From Thermoanaerobaculia bacterium (GTDB lineage: Bacteria > Acidobacteriota > Thermoanaerobaculia > Gp7-AA8): 64,000 nt of DNA. The stretch covers positions 1,196-65,195 of the forward strand of contig DATLOL010000196.1 in assembly GCA_035536275.1 (NCBI GenBank), written 5' to 3'. Below are positions 1 to 10,092 of this stretch, piece by piece (positions within the stretch are counted from its first letter, which is position 1; each line of letters begins with the position of its first letter). The notes under the pieces are model-generated. The model had not been told where the DNA came from and did not search any database. It was given only the letters and a program-made list of their open reading frames with translations. The position numbers and the translations under genes were made by a program.

Positions 1-463
1 CGAGGCGGTCGTTCGACGATCCGAAGCCGCTGTTGTTCGTCGAGTTGCGGTTGCCCGTCGACTCGAAACCACTGCGCTCCTCGTTCGCCTGGCGGACGAA
101 CGGCTGCGAGCCGGTGCCCTGAGATACATCGTTGGTGGTGTTGTGGTCGTGTCCGCGATGCGTCGCGGCGTAGGCACCCGCGCCGATGGCGGCACCCGCT
201 GCGAGACCGGCCGCGACGCCGACGCCGGCGGCAGCAGCTCGAGCCCGGGCGCCACGGCTGTGGCCGCCCTCGCGACCGATCGCTGCCATATGGGCGCGAT
301 CGCGGCTGACCGCCTCGCCACCCTTGCGGCCGGCGACGCGGGCCTCGTCCGAGGTGAATTCGTGTGCTGTACCCTTCGCGTGGGCGGCGCGCCCACCCTT
401 GCTTGCAATCTCACGCTGCTTCGACGGATCCATCGACGCAAAACCGCGCTTACTCGTTGCCAT
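1..463 (-). CDS. KGG-motif general stress protein (YciG/GsiB-like), 3' end runs off the window; not in the ORF track
   Basis: Manual translation from ATG at 463: MATSKRGFASMDPSKQREIASKGGRAAHAKGTAHEFTSDEARVAGRKGGEAVSRDRAHMAAIGREGG...; GGAAGGAG RBS upstream. Confidence 0.85.
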   Translation of the reverse strand, partial: MATSKRGFASMDPSKQREIASKGGRAAHAKGTAHEFTSDEARVAGRKGGEAVSRDRAHMAAIGREGGHSRGARARAAAAGVGVAAGLAAGAAIGAGAYAATHRGHDHNTTNDVSQGTGSQPFVRQANEERSGFESTGNRNSTNNSGFGSSNDRL

Positions 464-622
464 GAATGATCTCCTTCCGGGGTTCAAGAAAGTGAAGACT
501 CTGAACAGCCGTGCCGTGTTGAGTGGCGGTCTCATGGTCGAGCACGAAGCATGCCCGAGAGTGACGATTTGCGTCACTTTCTGCAGTTTTTGCTTTCGCA
601 TGGAACTTGCTCTTCCGCAGGC

Positions 623-2110
623 GTGAAACAGCACTCCACCTCTCTCTGGGAAGCCACTGCCCCTGCGCCACGGTACGAGCCGCTACGCGGAGACCTCCGC
701 GTGGACGTCGTCATCGTCGGGGCCGGCATCACCGGCATCACCGCCGCGCTCCTGCTCGCTGAAAAGGGCCGCCGCGTCGCGGTTCTCGAAAAAGAAACTG
801 TCGCCGCCGGTGAAACGGGCAACACGACCGCACACATCACCGAGGCCATCGACGCGCGCTATCACTACGTGAAGCGCCATTACTCGAAGGAGGAAGCGCG
901 CCTCGTCGCCGAGGCCAGCCGCGCATCGATCGGGAAGATCGCGGAGCTCGTCAGCCGCTTCTCCATCGATTGTCACTTCAAGCGCGTACCGGGGTATCTG
1001 TATACCGAGAAACGTAAATACGTCGCGGAGCTGAAGAACGAGGCCGCGTCCGCGCGCGAGGCCGGACTCGACGCTCAGTGGGTGACCGAAGTGCCGCTCT
1101 CGTTCGAGACCCGCGGCGCCGTGCTCTGGCCGAACCAGGCCCAGTTTCATCCGCGCGAGTACCTCACCGCGCTGGCGCGTCGGGCGGTGGCCGCGGGCGC
1201 GCAGATCTTCGAGAACACGTTCGCGACGAAAGTCGACAAGGGACGCGTCGAGACCGAGCACGGCATCGTGACCGCGGAGCACGTGTTCATGGCCACCAAC
1301 GTTCCGATCGGCGGCTTCACGCACGTGCACGTCAAGGCGGCGGCCTATCGCTCGTACGCGATGGCCTTCGCCGAAACCAACGCGCATCCCGACGGACTGT
1401 TCTGGGACACGGCCGACCCGTATCACTACACGCGGTGGCAGGAGACGAACGAGGGGACGTTCCTCATCACCGGCGGCGAAGACCATCGCACCGGTGAAGA
1501 AGAGGACACCGACGGCTGCTTCGAGCGGCTGGCCTCGTACACACGTGAGTACTTCGGCGAGCACGAGGAGCGCTATCGCTGGTCCGGACAGATCATCGAG
1601 CCGCACGGCGGGCTGCCGCTGATCGGCGGCTCGAGCACGGAGGTTTACGTCTCGACGGGATACGCCGGCCAGGGCATGACCTTCGGCACCGCCGGCGCGA
1701 TGCTGGTCAGCGATCTGATTCTCGGCGTGCCGAACCCGTGGGCGGATGTCTTCAGCCCGATGCGCAACCGCCCGCACATCACGACGAAAGAGTTCATCAC
1801 CGAGAACATGCACTTCCCGGCGCACCTCGTCTCGGATCGCCTCACCAGCGCCGGCGTGGAGGCGCACAGCACCGAGGCGGTCGCCGCGGGCGAGGGTAAG
1901 ATCATCAAGGTCGACGGCCGCAAGATCGCCGCGTACCGCGACGATGGCGGCGCGCTGCACTGCCTCTCGCCGGTGTGCACGCACATGAAGTGCGACGTCG
2001 CCTGGAACCCGGCCGAGCGCACCTGGGACTGCCCCTGCCACGGCTCGCGCTTCACGCCGACCGGCGACGTCCTGAACGGCCCCGCGCACGAGCCGCTGGA
2101 GAAGATGTAA
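623..2110 (+). CDS. FAD-dependent oxidoreductase with C-terminal Rieske [2Fe-2S] domain (YhfW-like)
   Basis: GAGITG FAD-binding motif; CTHMKC...WDCPCHGS Rieske motif; likely GTG start at 623 within ORF 551..2110. Confidence 0.88.
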   Translation: MKQHSTSLWEATAPAPRYEPLRGDLRVDVVIVGAGITGITAALLLAEKGRRVAVLEKETVAAGETGNTTAHITEAIDARYHYVKRHYSKEEARLVAEASRASIGKIAELVSRFSIDCHFKRVPGYLYTEKRKYVAELKNEAASAREAGLDAQWVTEVPLSFETRGAVLWPNQAQFHPREYLTALARRAVAAGAQIFENTFATKVDKGRVETEHGIVTAEHVFMATNVPIGGFTHVHVKAAAYRSYAMAFAETNAHPDGLFWDTADPYHYTRWQETNEGTFLITGGEDHRTGEEEDTDGCFERLASYTREYFGEHEERYRWSGQIIEPHGGLPLIGGSSTEVYVSTGYAGQGMTFGTAGAMLVSDLILGVPNPWADVFSPMRNRPHITTKEFITENMHFPAHLVSDRLTSAGVEAHSTEAVAAGEGKIIKVDGRKIAAYRDDGGALHCLSPVCTHMKCDVAWNPAERTWDCPCHGSRFTPTGDVLNGPAHEPLEKM

Positions 2111-2178
2111 CTCTACGCGAGTACGCATCCGGGAAGAGGCCCGTGCCCACTTCGGTTAGAATGCCAGTCCTTCAGCAC

Positions 2179-2271
2179 GGAGAGATGGGTGAGCGGCTGA
2201 AACCAGCGGTTTGCTAAACCGCCGTAGGGGGTAAACCTCTACCGAGGGTTCGAATCCCTCTCTCTCCGCCA
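2179..2271 (+). tRNA. tRNA-Ser(GCT)
   Basis: GGAGAGA/TCTCTCC acceptor stem, TTGCTAA anticodon loop, long variable arm, GGTTCGAATCC, CCA end. Confidence 0.97.
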
Positions 2272-2298
2272 TTTTCCAACCCACGGTCGCCTGTCCAC

Positions 2299-2388
2299 GG
2301 AGGAGTGGTCGAGTGGTTTAAGGCAGCGGTCTTGAAAACCGCCGTACGGGTAACCGTACCGTGGGTTCGAATCCCACCTCCTCCGCCA
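2299..2388 (+). tRNA. tRNA-Ser(TGA)
   Basis: GGAGGAG acceptor, CTTGAAA anticodon loop, long variable arm, GGTTCGAATCC, CCA end. Confidence 0.97.
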
Positions 2389-2395
2389 CCGGCGC

Positions 2396-3538
2396 TTACG
2401 GCAGCAGGTTTACGTCGAGCGTGATCTTCAACCGCAGACGTCGATGCTGGCGCAGCTCGTCCATCGTCAGGTTGAGCGGGATCGTCACTTCCTTGACCAG
2501 CCCGTCGTTCGCGCGGCGCTCCTGCGCGGGTGACGGCGGCGTGAGCGTCGTCGCCGAGGGTTGCTCGCCGAGGACGGGGAGCGATTCGAGAATGCCCTGG
2601 GGGAGCGGGATCTCGATGGACGTCATGGGGATCGGCTCCGGCTCCGCCTCGCTGAAGTACTGGTCGAACGGATTCTGCACTGGCACGGGGGTCGGCGTGG
2701 GTGGCGGAAGGAGCTCCGTCGCGACGATCGGCAGGTTGTCGTCGGCCGACGCATCATCGAGCTCGAACTCCGTCTCGCCGACGGGCGACAGCGGAATCGC
2801 GGCAGGACGCGGCGACGGAGGCGACGGAGGCGGCGCCGCACCGAACGGATCGGCCTCGTCGTCGTCCCAAAGCGACTCGGTGGCAGGCTTCGTTGCTGTC
2901 GGCGCGTTCAGGATCTGGATCTCGCGCTCGAGCGGCTCCGCTCCTTCCAGCCCGTACTTTTTCACCAGGTGCGCAAGCACGAGCTGGGTGATGCCCTTCA
3001 ACGTCTCTTCGACGCCGAGTCCCGTCGTCGCGACCGACTCGAACGTCGGAACGCCCTGCTTGTTCATCTCCGCGTTCATCTCCGAGACGGCCATCGCGTT
3101 CGGCAGATCGCGCTTGTTGTACTGGATCACCAGCGGCATCTCGCGCAGCCGCGTCCCCTGGCGCTTGAGGTTGTCCTCGAGGTTCTGCAGCGACTCGAGA
3201 TTTGCGTCGAGCGCAAAGTCCTGCGAGTCGGCCACGAACACGATCCCGTCCGCGCCCTTCAGCACGAGCTGGCGCGTCGAGTTGTAGTAGACCTGGCCGG
3301 GCACGGTGTAGAGCTGCAGCTTCGTGCGCATGCCCCGGATCTTCCCCAGATCCAGCGGCAGAAAATCGAAGAAGAGGGTGCGGTCCGTCTTCGTCGCCAG
3401 CGAGAGCATCTTGCTCTTGTTGTTGGACGGCAGCGAGTCGTAGACGAACTGGAGGTTCGTCGTTTTGCCGCAGAGACCGGGCCCGTAGTAGACGATCTTG
3501 GCCGTGATCTCTTTCGTGGCGTAGTTGAAGAGGACCAT
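2396..3538 (-). CDS. mglA: MglA-like small GTPase with long Pro/acidic C-terminal extension
   Basis: KIVYYGPGLCGKTTN, DRTLFFDF, TVPGQ and NKRD motifs in the first ~195 aa. Confidence 0.85.
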   Translation of the reverse strand: MVLFNYATKEITAKIVYYGPGLCGKTTNLQFVYDSLPSNNKSKMLSLATKTDRTLFFDFLPLDLGKIRGMRTKLQLYTVPGQVYYNSTRQLVLKGADGIVFVADSQDFALDANLESLQNLEDNLKRQGTRLREMPLVIQYNKRDLPNAMAVSEMNAEMNKQGVPTFESVATTGLGVEETLKGITQLVLAHLVKKYGLEGAEPLEREIQILNAPTATKPATESLWDDDEADPFGAAPPPSPPSPRPAAIPLSPVGETEFELDDASADDNLPIVATELLPPPTPTPVPVQNPFDQYFSEAEPEPIPMTSIEIPLPQGILESLPVLGEQPSATTLTPPSPAQERRANDGLVKEVTIPLNLTMDELRQHRRLRLKITLDVNLLP

Positions 3539-3603
3539 CGAGATTTACCGGACGGATGAGGGTACGCAATCTGTCCTATGATGCGCAACCTCTGGAGGTA
3601 AGG

Positions 3604-5223
3604 ATGAAGTTACGGCGCGCTGCCGCCATCGCTTTTCTTCTCTTCCCAATGCTGCTCCGGGCCGAAGCGCCCGGCGTTTATGCGCTCACCGGCGCGACCG
3701 TGCACCCGGTGTCGGGTCCCGCGATCCCCAACGGCACGGTCGTGATCCGCAACGGCCTGATCGAAGCCGCCGCCGCGAACGCGACCATCCCCGCCGACGC
3801 GACCGTGATCGACGTGAAGGGCATGCACATCTACCCCGGCCTCATCGACGCCCAGACCTCCCTCGGGTTCGCCGCCGCGCCCGCACGCCGCGGCTTCGGA
3901 GGGGCCGGTGGCGGCGGACAGCAGCGGCCGCAGACCGAGCGTCCGGCCGAGCCCACGCCCGACTTTCTCGCGGTGCGTCATGCGAACATCACCGAGGACG
4001 ATGCCGACTCGCGCCGCGCCATCGGCGTGACGACCGTGCTCACCGCGCCCGCGAACGGCATCTTCAACGGCCAGTCCGCGATCATCAACCTCGGCAGCGG
4101 TCCGGTCGAGTCGCGCGTGATCAAGAGTCCGGCCGCGCTGCAGATCTCGTTCAACCCGCGCCCGACATGGACCTACCCCGACAGCCTGATGGGCGTCGTG
4201 TCGTACATCCGCCAGACCTTCTTCGACGCGCAGCAGCACGCCGCCGCGCATGAGATCTACGGGCGTACGCCTTCAGGTCTCGAGCGCCCCACGCAGAGTC
4301 CCGCCCTCGATGCGCTGCGACCGGTCATGCGCCGCGATCTGCCGGTGGTGTTCGTCACCGACTCCGCGACGATGATGCGCCGCGCGATGAGTATCGCGAA
4401 GGAGATGAATCTCCGCTACGTCCTCTCCGGCGCGCGCGGCGCGTACGAGATTCCCGCGGCGGATATGAAGGACGTGCCGGTGCTGGTCGCGGTGAAGTGG
4501 CCGACGGCACCCACCGACAAGGAAGAACGCGAAGAGCAGCCCCTGCGCGTCATTCGCGATCGCCAACTCCAGCCGACGACGCCGTCGGTGCTGGCGAAGA
4601 ACGGCGTGCCCTTCGCGCTGGTGAGCGGTCCCGGCAAGACCGCGGACTTTCTTCCCGGCATTCGCAAGGCGATCGAGAACGGTCTGTCTGCCGACGACGC
4701 GCTGCGCGCCACGACCATCGCGCCGGCGCGCATCTTCGGCGTCGACCGCCAGCTCGGATCGCTCGAGCGCGGCAAGATCGCGAACGTGGTCGTCAGCGAC
4801 AAGCCGCTGTTCGAGAAGGACGCGAAGGTGAAGCGCGTGTTCGTCGATGGCCGTGAGATCCGCCTCCCCGCCGACGACAAGAAACGCGGCGAGGACGCGG
4901 CCACGACGCCGAGCGAATCGGCGATCGACGGCTCCTGGGCCCTCACCGTGCGCACGCCGACCGGCAGCGTCGCCATTCAGGTCACGCTGCGCGCCGAGGA
5001 CGGAAAGATCAGCGGCACGTTCAGCGGCGAGCGCGGCTCGGGCGACATCAGCGGCGGCACGCTCGACGGAACCGCCGTCGAGTTCACCATCTCCGCGAAC
5101 GCGGAGAACGAGTCCGAGGCCAGCGACTGGATGTTCCGCGGCACCGTGAGCGGCGACACCATGAACGGCACGGTCTCGACGACGATCGGCAACTTCGAGT
5201 TCAGCGGGAGCAGATCGAAATGA
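3604..5223 (+). CDS. Secreted amidohydrolase-family protein, metal ligands degenerate, with extra C-terminal beta domain
   Basis: Signal peptide; PGLIDAQTS at the HxH position; [10 protein letters not shown] tail; ATG at 3604. Confidence 0.75.
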   Translation: MKLRRAAAIAFLLFPMLLRAEAPGVYALTGATVHPVSGPAIPNGTVVIRNGLIEAAAANATIPADATVIDVKGMHIYPGLIDAQTSLGFAAAPARRGFGGAGGGGQQRPQTERPAEPTPDFLAVRHANITEDDADSRRAIGVTTVLTAPANGIFNGQSAIINLGSGPVESRVIKSPAALQISFNPRPTWTYPDSLMGVVSYIRQTFFDAQQHAAAHEIYGRTPSGLERPTQSPALDALRPVMRRDLPVVFVTDSATMMRRAMSIAKEMNLRYVLSGARGAYEIPAADMKDVPVLVAVKWPTAPTDKEEREEQPLRVIRDRQLQPTTPSVLAKNGVPFALVSGPGKTADFLPGIRKAIENGLSADDALRATTIAPARIFGVDRQLGSLERGKIANVVVSDKPLFEKDAKVKRVFVDGREIRLPADDKKRGEDAATTPSESAIDGSWALTVRTPTGSVAIQVTLRAEDGKISGTFSGERGSGDISGGTLDGTAVEFTISANAENESEASDWMFRGTVSGDTMNGTVSTTIGNFEFSGSRSK

Positions 5224-6560
5224 GAACGCTGGTCCTGATCCTCATCCTCGCGCTCCCGGTCCTCGCCCAGGAGCGCGTCACTCTGATCAAGAACGCCACC
5301 GTCCTCACGGTCACCAACGGCGTGATCGAGAACGGCTCGGTCCTGATCCGCGGCTCGAAGATCGCCGCAGTGGGCAAAGACGTCACCGCTCCCGCGAACG
5401 CGCGCGTCATCGACGCCACGGGCAAGTACGTGATGCCCGGAATCATCGACACGCACTCCCACGCCGGCGTCGAGGGCAGTGTCAACGAGATCTCCCTGCC
5501 GAACACCGGCATGGTCCGCATCCAGGACGCGCTGACGAACGACGATATCTCCGCGTATCGCCAGCTCGCCGGTGGCACCACCGCCGCGCTGATCCTGCAC
5601 GGCTCCGCGAACGCCATCGGCGGCCAGAGCCAGATCGTGAAGTGGAAGTGGGGACGGCCGATCGCGGAATGGCTGGTCCCCGACGCCCCCCGCACGATCA
5701 AGTTCGCCCTCGGCGAGAACCCGAAGTCGGCGAACTTCCGTCCGCCCGAGGGGCAGCAGCGCCAGTACCCGGCGACGCGCATGGGCGTCGAGGAAGTGAT
5801 CCGCAAGTCGTTCATCGACGCACGCGACTACATGGCCGCGTGGGACGAGTACGAGGCGAAACAGAAGCGCAAGGAGACGGCGATCCCGCCGCGCCGCGAC
5901 CTGCTGATGGACACGATGGCGGACATTCTCCGCGGCAAGATCGACATCCACGCGCACTCGTACCGCGCCGACGAGATCGTGATGCTGCTCAATCTCGCCG
6001 ACGAGCTGGGGTTCAAGGTCCGCGAGCTGCAGCATGTCCTGGAGGGCTACAAGGTCGGACGCGAGATCGCGAAGCACGGCGCCGGCGCGGGCACGTTCAT
6101 CGACTGGTGGGGCTACAAGGCCGAGGCCTACGATGCGATTCCGTACAACGTCGCGCTGATGCTCCGCAGCGGCGTGCTGACCTCCGTCAACTCCGACTCC
6201 GACGAGCTCGCGCGTCACCTCAACCACGATGCCGCGAAGGCGATGAAGTACGGCGGCGTGTCCGAGGAGGATGCGCTGCGGGTCTGCACGATCAACCCGG
6301 CCAAGCAGTTGCGACTCGATCACCGCATCGGCTCCATCGAGGCGGGCAAGGACGCGGACCTGGCGATCTGGACCGGACATCCGCTGTCGACGTACTCGCG
6401 CGTGGAGACGACCTTCATCGAGGGCGAGATCTACTTCGACCGCCAGCAGGACCTCGCCCGCCGCGAGGCGATGCGCAAAGAAAAGGAAGAGCGCTTGAAG
6501 AAGGAAGCCGACGCCGCGAAGAAGGACAAGGACACGAAGGAGAAGAAGCCCAATGCGTAA
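5220..6560 (+). CDS. Secreted amidohydrolase with intact metal-binding motifs
   Basis: [22 protein letters not shown] and [10 protein letters not shown] motifs; signal peptide. Confidence 0.85.
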   Translation: MRTLVLILILALPVLAQERVTLIKNATVLTVTNGVIENGSVLIRGSKIAAVGKDVTAPANARVIDATGKYVMPGIIDTHSHAGVEGSVNEISLPNTGMVRIQDALTNDDISAYRQLAGGTTAALILHGSANAIGGQSQIVKWKWGRPIAEWLVPDAPRTIKFALGENPKSANFRPPEGQQRQYPATRMGVEEVIRKSFIDARDYMAAWDEYEAKQKRKETAIPPRRDLLMDTMADILRGKIDIHAHSYRADEIVMLLNLADELGFKVRELQHVLEGYKVGREIAKHGAGAGTFIDWWGYKAEAYDAIPYNVALMLRSGVLTSVNSDSDELARHLNHDAAKAMKYGGVSEEDALRVCTINPAKQLRLDHRIGSIEAGKDADLAIWTGHPLSTYSRVETTFIEGEIYFDRQQDLARREAMRKEKEERLKKEADAAKKDKDTKEKKPNA

Positions 6561-7857
6561 GGCCCTCATCATCGCGTTGCTCACCGCATCGAGCGCCTTC
6601 GCGCAGTCGACGATCCTCAACAGCACGGGCCGCAAGGGGACGTACGCGATCCGCAACGCGACCATCGTCCCGGTGACGAGCGCTCCGATCGCGAACGGCA
6701 CGATCATCTTCTCGAACGGCGTGATCACGGCAGTCGGCGCGAATGCGAACGTCCCCGCCGATGCGACCGTGGTCGACGGCACGGGCCTGTTCGTCTATCC
6801 CGGCATGATCGACTCGGGCTCGAATGTGGGACTGGTGGAGATCGACTCCGTGGCCGGCACGGTCGATACCGCGGAACTGGGCGATTTCAATCCCAACGCG
6901 GCGGCGGCTGTCGCCGTGAACCCGCACAGCGAGCTCGTTCCGGTGACCCGCGTCAGCGGCGTGACGCACGTCGTGGCCACTCCCGAGGGCGGCATCATCT
7001 CCGGACAGAGCGCGCTGATTCAGTTGATCGGCTGGACCCCGCCGGAGATGGTGGTGAAGACGCCGACGGCGCTGCACATCCGCTTCCCGCGCCTGCGCAG
7101 CGCGCCGATCGGCGATCAGCCGCAGGACGAAGAAGCGGAAAAGGAGCTGCGCAAGGGCTACACGCGCGACGTCGACAAGCTGCGCGACATGCTCCGCGAC
7201 GCACAGGCGTACGGGAAGGCCGCTGCGGCGCGCGCCGCGAACAAGAGCGTGCAGCGCTTCGATCGCGACCTCATTCTCGAGGCGCTCGTGCCGGCGGTGG
7301 AGGGACGCGTGCCGGTGGTGATGCACGCGAACCTCGCCCGTGACATCCGCGCCGCGCTCACGTTCGCGGACGAATTCAAGCTGAAGATGATCCTCTCCGG
7401 CGCGCAGGACGTCGCGCGCGTCGTCGACGACGTCAAGCGCCGCAACATCCCGGTCATTCTCGGCCCGATCCTCTCGCTCCCGCAGCGCGAGGATGATCCG
7501 TACGACCTGCTGTTCTCGAACGCGAAGACGCTCCTCGACGCGGGCGTGTCATTCGCGATCCAGACCAGTGACGCCCACAACACCCGCAATCTCCCGTACC
7601 ACGCGGCGTCGTGCGCGGCGTTCGGCCTCCCGAAAGACGAGGCCCTCAAAGCCGTGACTCTCTACCCCGCGCGCATCTGGGGCGTCGCCGGTCGCCTCGG
7701 CTCGCTCGAAGTGGGCAAGGACGCGAGCCTGATCGTCACCGACGGCGACCCGCTCGAAATCCGCACGAACGTCCGCCGCGTGTTCATCGGAGGCGAAGAG
7801 GTGCCGATGGACTCGAGGCACACGCTGCTGTATGAAAAGTTTCAGCGGCGGCCGTAA
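6553..7857 (+). CDS. Secreted amidohydrolase-family protein lacking HxH
   Basis: PGMIDSGSN at the HxH position; [10 protein letters not shown] tail; signal peptide. Confidence 0.8.
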   Translation: MRKALIIALLTASSAFAQSTILNSTGRKGTYAIRNATIVPVTSAPIANGTIIFSNGVITAVGANANVPADATVVDGTGLFVYPGMIDSGSNVGLVEIDSVAGTVDTAELGDFNPNAAAAVAVNPHSELVPVTRVSGVTHVVATPEGGIISGQSALIQLIGWTPPEMVVKTPTALHIRFPRLRSAPIGDQPQDEEAEKELRKGYTRDVDKLRDMLRDAQAYGKAAAARAANKSVQRFDRDLILEALVPAVEGRVPVVMHANLARDIRAALTFADEFKLKMILSGAQDVARVVDDVKRRNIPVILGPILSLPQREDDPYDLLFSNAKTLLDAGVSFAIQTSDAHNTRNLPYHAASCAAFGLPKDEALKAVTLYPARIWGVAGRLGSLEVGKDASLIVTDGDPLEIRTNVRRVFIGGEEVPMDSRHTLLYEKFQRRP

Positions 7858-7864
7858 GGCCGCC

Positions 7865-7953
7865 GTTGTTGTCGGTTGTCAGTTGTCTGCGGTGCCGGGC
7901 CTGAGGCGCAGGCGTAGAACCACAGACAACCGACAACTGACAACCGACAACAA
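7865..7953. repeat. Inverted pair of 7-mer tandem repeats (GTTGTCA/G ... GACAACY), hairpin-forming
   Basis: gttgtcggttgtcagttgtctg ... cagacaaccgacaactgacaaccgacaac. Confidence 0.85.
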
Positions 7954-7985
7954 GTACAATCCCCCTCCCTGCTCTTTCACAACTC

Positions 7986-8147
7986 ACGTTCGAGACGGTG
8001 AACGGGAAGCCGGTGTGATGCCGGCGCGGCCCCCGCCACTGTGACCGGAGACGACTCACGCCTTGGTCCGCCAAGGACCCCCACTGCGACAGCGGGAAGG
8101 GGGCGTGGGAAGGACGACCCGGAAGCCAGGAGACCGACCGCTCGACA
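7986..8147 (+). ncRNA. Cobalamin (B12) riboswitch
   Basis: GGGAAGCCGGTG..CCGGCGCGGCCCCCGCCACTGTGA..CCACTG..GGGAAGG..AAGCCAGGAGACC B12-box; directly upstream of a TonB-dependent receptor. Confidence 0.92.
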
Positions 8148-8187
8148 CCCCATGCCAGTCGGCCTTCTTCGGAGGGAAGGAGTCGTC

Positions 8188-9987
8188 ATGCATTTGCGTC
8201 CTCTCTTTTTCATACTCATTTTCGCCACCACATTTCCCCTCGCCGCGCAGCTCGGCGAGGAAATCGTCGTCACCGCCTCCGCGCTACCGGAGAAGGTCGC
8301 GGAGACGCCGGCCACGGTCACGGTCGTCACGCGCGAGGACATCGACGACCGCGCGGCGCGCGACATCGCCGACGTCCTCCGCGAGGTTCCCGGCCTGCAC
8401 GTGAGCCGCACGGGATCGTCGGGCCGGGCCACGTCGCTCTTCACCCGCGGCTCGAACTCGAATCACACGCTCGTGCTCTGGAACGGACTCGAGATCACCA
8501 ATCCCTATTTCGCCGGCTACGACTGGGGACGTTTCTCGACCGTCGGCGTGGAGCAGGTGGAGGTCGTGCGCGGCCCGTACTCCGCGCTCTACGGCTCCGA
8601 GGCGATGGCGGGCGTGGTCAACGTGCTGACTGCATCGCGGCGCAGCGGATTCCGCGCCCTCGCGGAGGCGGGCGGACACGGCCTGCGCAACGCGAACGCG
8701 AGTGTCACGTGGGCCGGCAGCAGCGTGAACGTGAGCGGTTCGCTGGAGAAACGCGACGACGACGGCTTCTCCGCGAACGACGACTTCTCGCAGACCAGCG
8801 CGAGCGGATCGATGCGCTGGAACGCGACGCCCACGTTCTCCGTCGGCCTCGCCGCGCGGCACACCTCGTACGACCTGGGCATCCCCCGCAATCTCAACGG
8901 CGCCGGCACGGCCATCATCCCCAGCCTGCAGCGGCGCCAGGACGGCACGGAGCGGCAAGTCTCAGTCCCCATCGAGCAGAAGCTCGGACGTTTCTCCTAC
9001 GACCTCACCGTCGCCGAGTCCCGCCGGGACGACACGTTCGAGGATCCCGAGGATGCGTTCGGCCTAGTGCTGATTACGACGGAGAGCAGGACCCGCCGCG
9101 CGCGCCTGACCACGCGCACCGAGACGTCGTTCGGCACGATCGTCGGTGGCGGCGAGTACGAGCACGCCGAGGTGGACGACGTGACGAACTTCGGTCCGAA
9201 CTTCACCGGCGGCGAGCGCACCGAGCGCTCGCTGTTCGTCGAGGACCGCTACGGCGCCGGATCATTCGAGCTGAGCGCGGGTCTGCGCTGGGACGACTAC
9301 GAGACGTTTGGCTCGGAGCTGTCACCGCGCCTCGCGGTGGCGTGGCTCGCCGGCAGCAGCAAGTTCCGCGCTGCATTCGGTGAGGCGTTTCGCGCGCCCG
9401 CGGTCGGGGAGCTGTACTTCCCCTTCGCCGGCAATCCGGATCTCGAGGCGGAGCGCAGTCGCAGTTTCGAGATCGGCTACGACCACGCATCCGGCTTCTC
9501 CGCGACCGCGTTCCACAGCGACTACGAAGACCTGATCGTGTTCGACTCGGCGACGTTCATCTTCCAGAACGTCGGCGAGGCCGAGGCGCAGGGCCTCGAG
9601 CTGGCGCTGCAGCGCAACATCACCAGCGATCTGCGAGCCTCGCTGTCGTACACGTTCACGGACACGGAGGAGAGGACCACGGGCGCACAGCTCCTGCGCC
9701 GGCCGCGTCACGCCGGCTCGCTCTTCCTCGGCTACCGCATGGGCATCGTCGATACGAACCTCGTCGTGCAGCACACCGGCGCGCGCGCCGACGTGCTTCC
9801 CGTGTCGCCCTACTCGCGAACGACGGTGGAGTCGCACACGGTCTTCGACGCGAACGTGCAGGTCACGCTGGGCCGCTTCATTCCGTACGTCCGCGTCGAG
9901 AACCTCACCGGTGTTGAGTACGAGGAAGTCCTCGGCTACGAGTCGCCGGGACGGCGCGCGGTGGTGGGGGTGCGGTTCGGGATGTGA
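8188..9987 (+). CDS. btuB: TonB-dependent receptor, BtuB-like cobalamin transporter
   Basis: EEIVVTAS TonB box, plug motifs (VLREVPG, IEVVRGPYSALYGSEAMAGVVN), C-terminal ENL...GVRF; under a B12 riboswitch; ATG 8188 with GGAAGGAG RBS. Confidence 0.82.
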   Translation: MHLRPLFFILIFATTFPLAAQLGEEIVVTASALPEKVAETPATVTVVTREDIDDRAARDIADVLREVPGLHVSRTGSSGRATSLFTRGSNSNHTLVLWNGLEITNPYFAGYDWGRFSTVGVEQVEVVRGPYSALYGSEAMAGVVNVLTASRRSGFRALAEAGGHGLRNANASVTWAGSSVNVSGSLEKRDDDGFSANDDFSQTSASGSMRWNATPTFSVGLAARHTSYDLGIPRNLNGAGTAIIPSLQRRQDGTERQVSVPIEQKLGRFSYDLTVAESRRDDTFEDPEDAFGLVLITTESRTRRARLTTRTETSFGTIVGGGEYEHAEVDDVTNFGPNFTGGERTERSLFVEDRYGAGSFELSAGLRWDDYETFGSELSPRLAVAWLAGSSKFRAAFGEAFRAPAVGELYFPFAGNPDLEAERSRSFEIGYDHASGFSATAFHSDYEDLIVFDSATFIFQNVGEAEAQGLELALQRNITSDLRASLSYTFTDTEERTTGAQLLRRPRHAGSLFLGYRMGIVDTNLVVQHTGARADVLPVSPYSRTTVESHTVFDANVQVTLGRFIPYVRVENLTGVEYEEVLGYESPGRRAVVGVRFGM

Positions 9988-9996
9988 TGCTGCGGA

Positions 9997-10092
9997 GTCA
10001 TCCCGAGCGAAGTCGAGGGATCCCCTTGTCGTTTGCAGGGAGGGGGATCCTTCGACCGTCCTCCGCTGCGCTTCGGCGGCTCAGGATGACAC
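9997..10092. repeat. REP-like palindromic element (GTCATCCCGAGC..GTCGAGGGATCCC/GGGATCCTTCGAC..GGATGAC family)
   Basis: Nested inverted repeats; related copies at 14467, 29739, 29893 and 46800. Confidence 0.85.

Noticed and set aside
2179-2395. Integration site at the tRNA-Ser pair
   Set aside because: I saw no duplicate of either 3' end and no mobile gene nearby.
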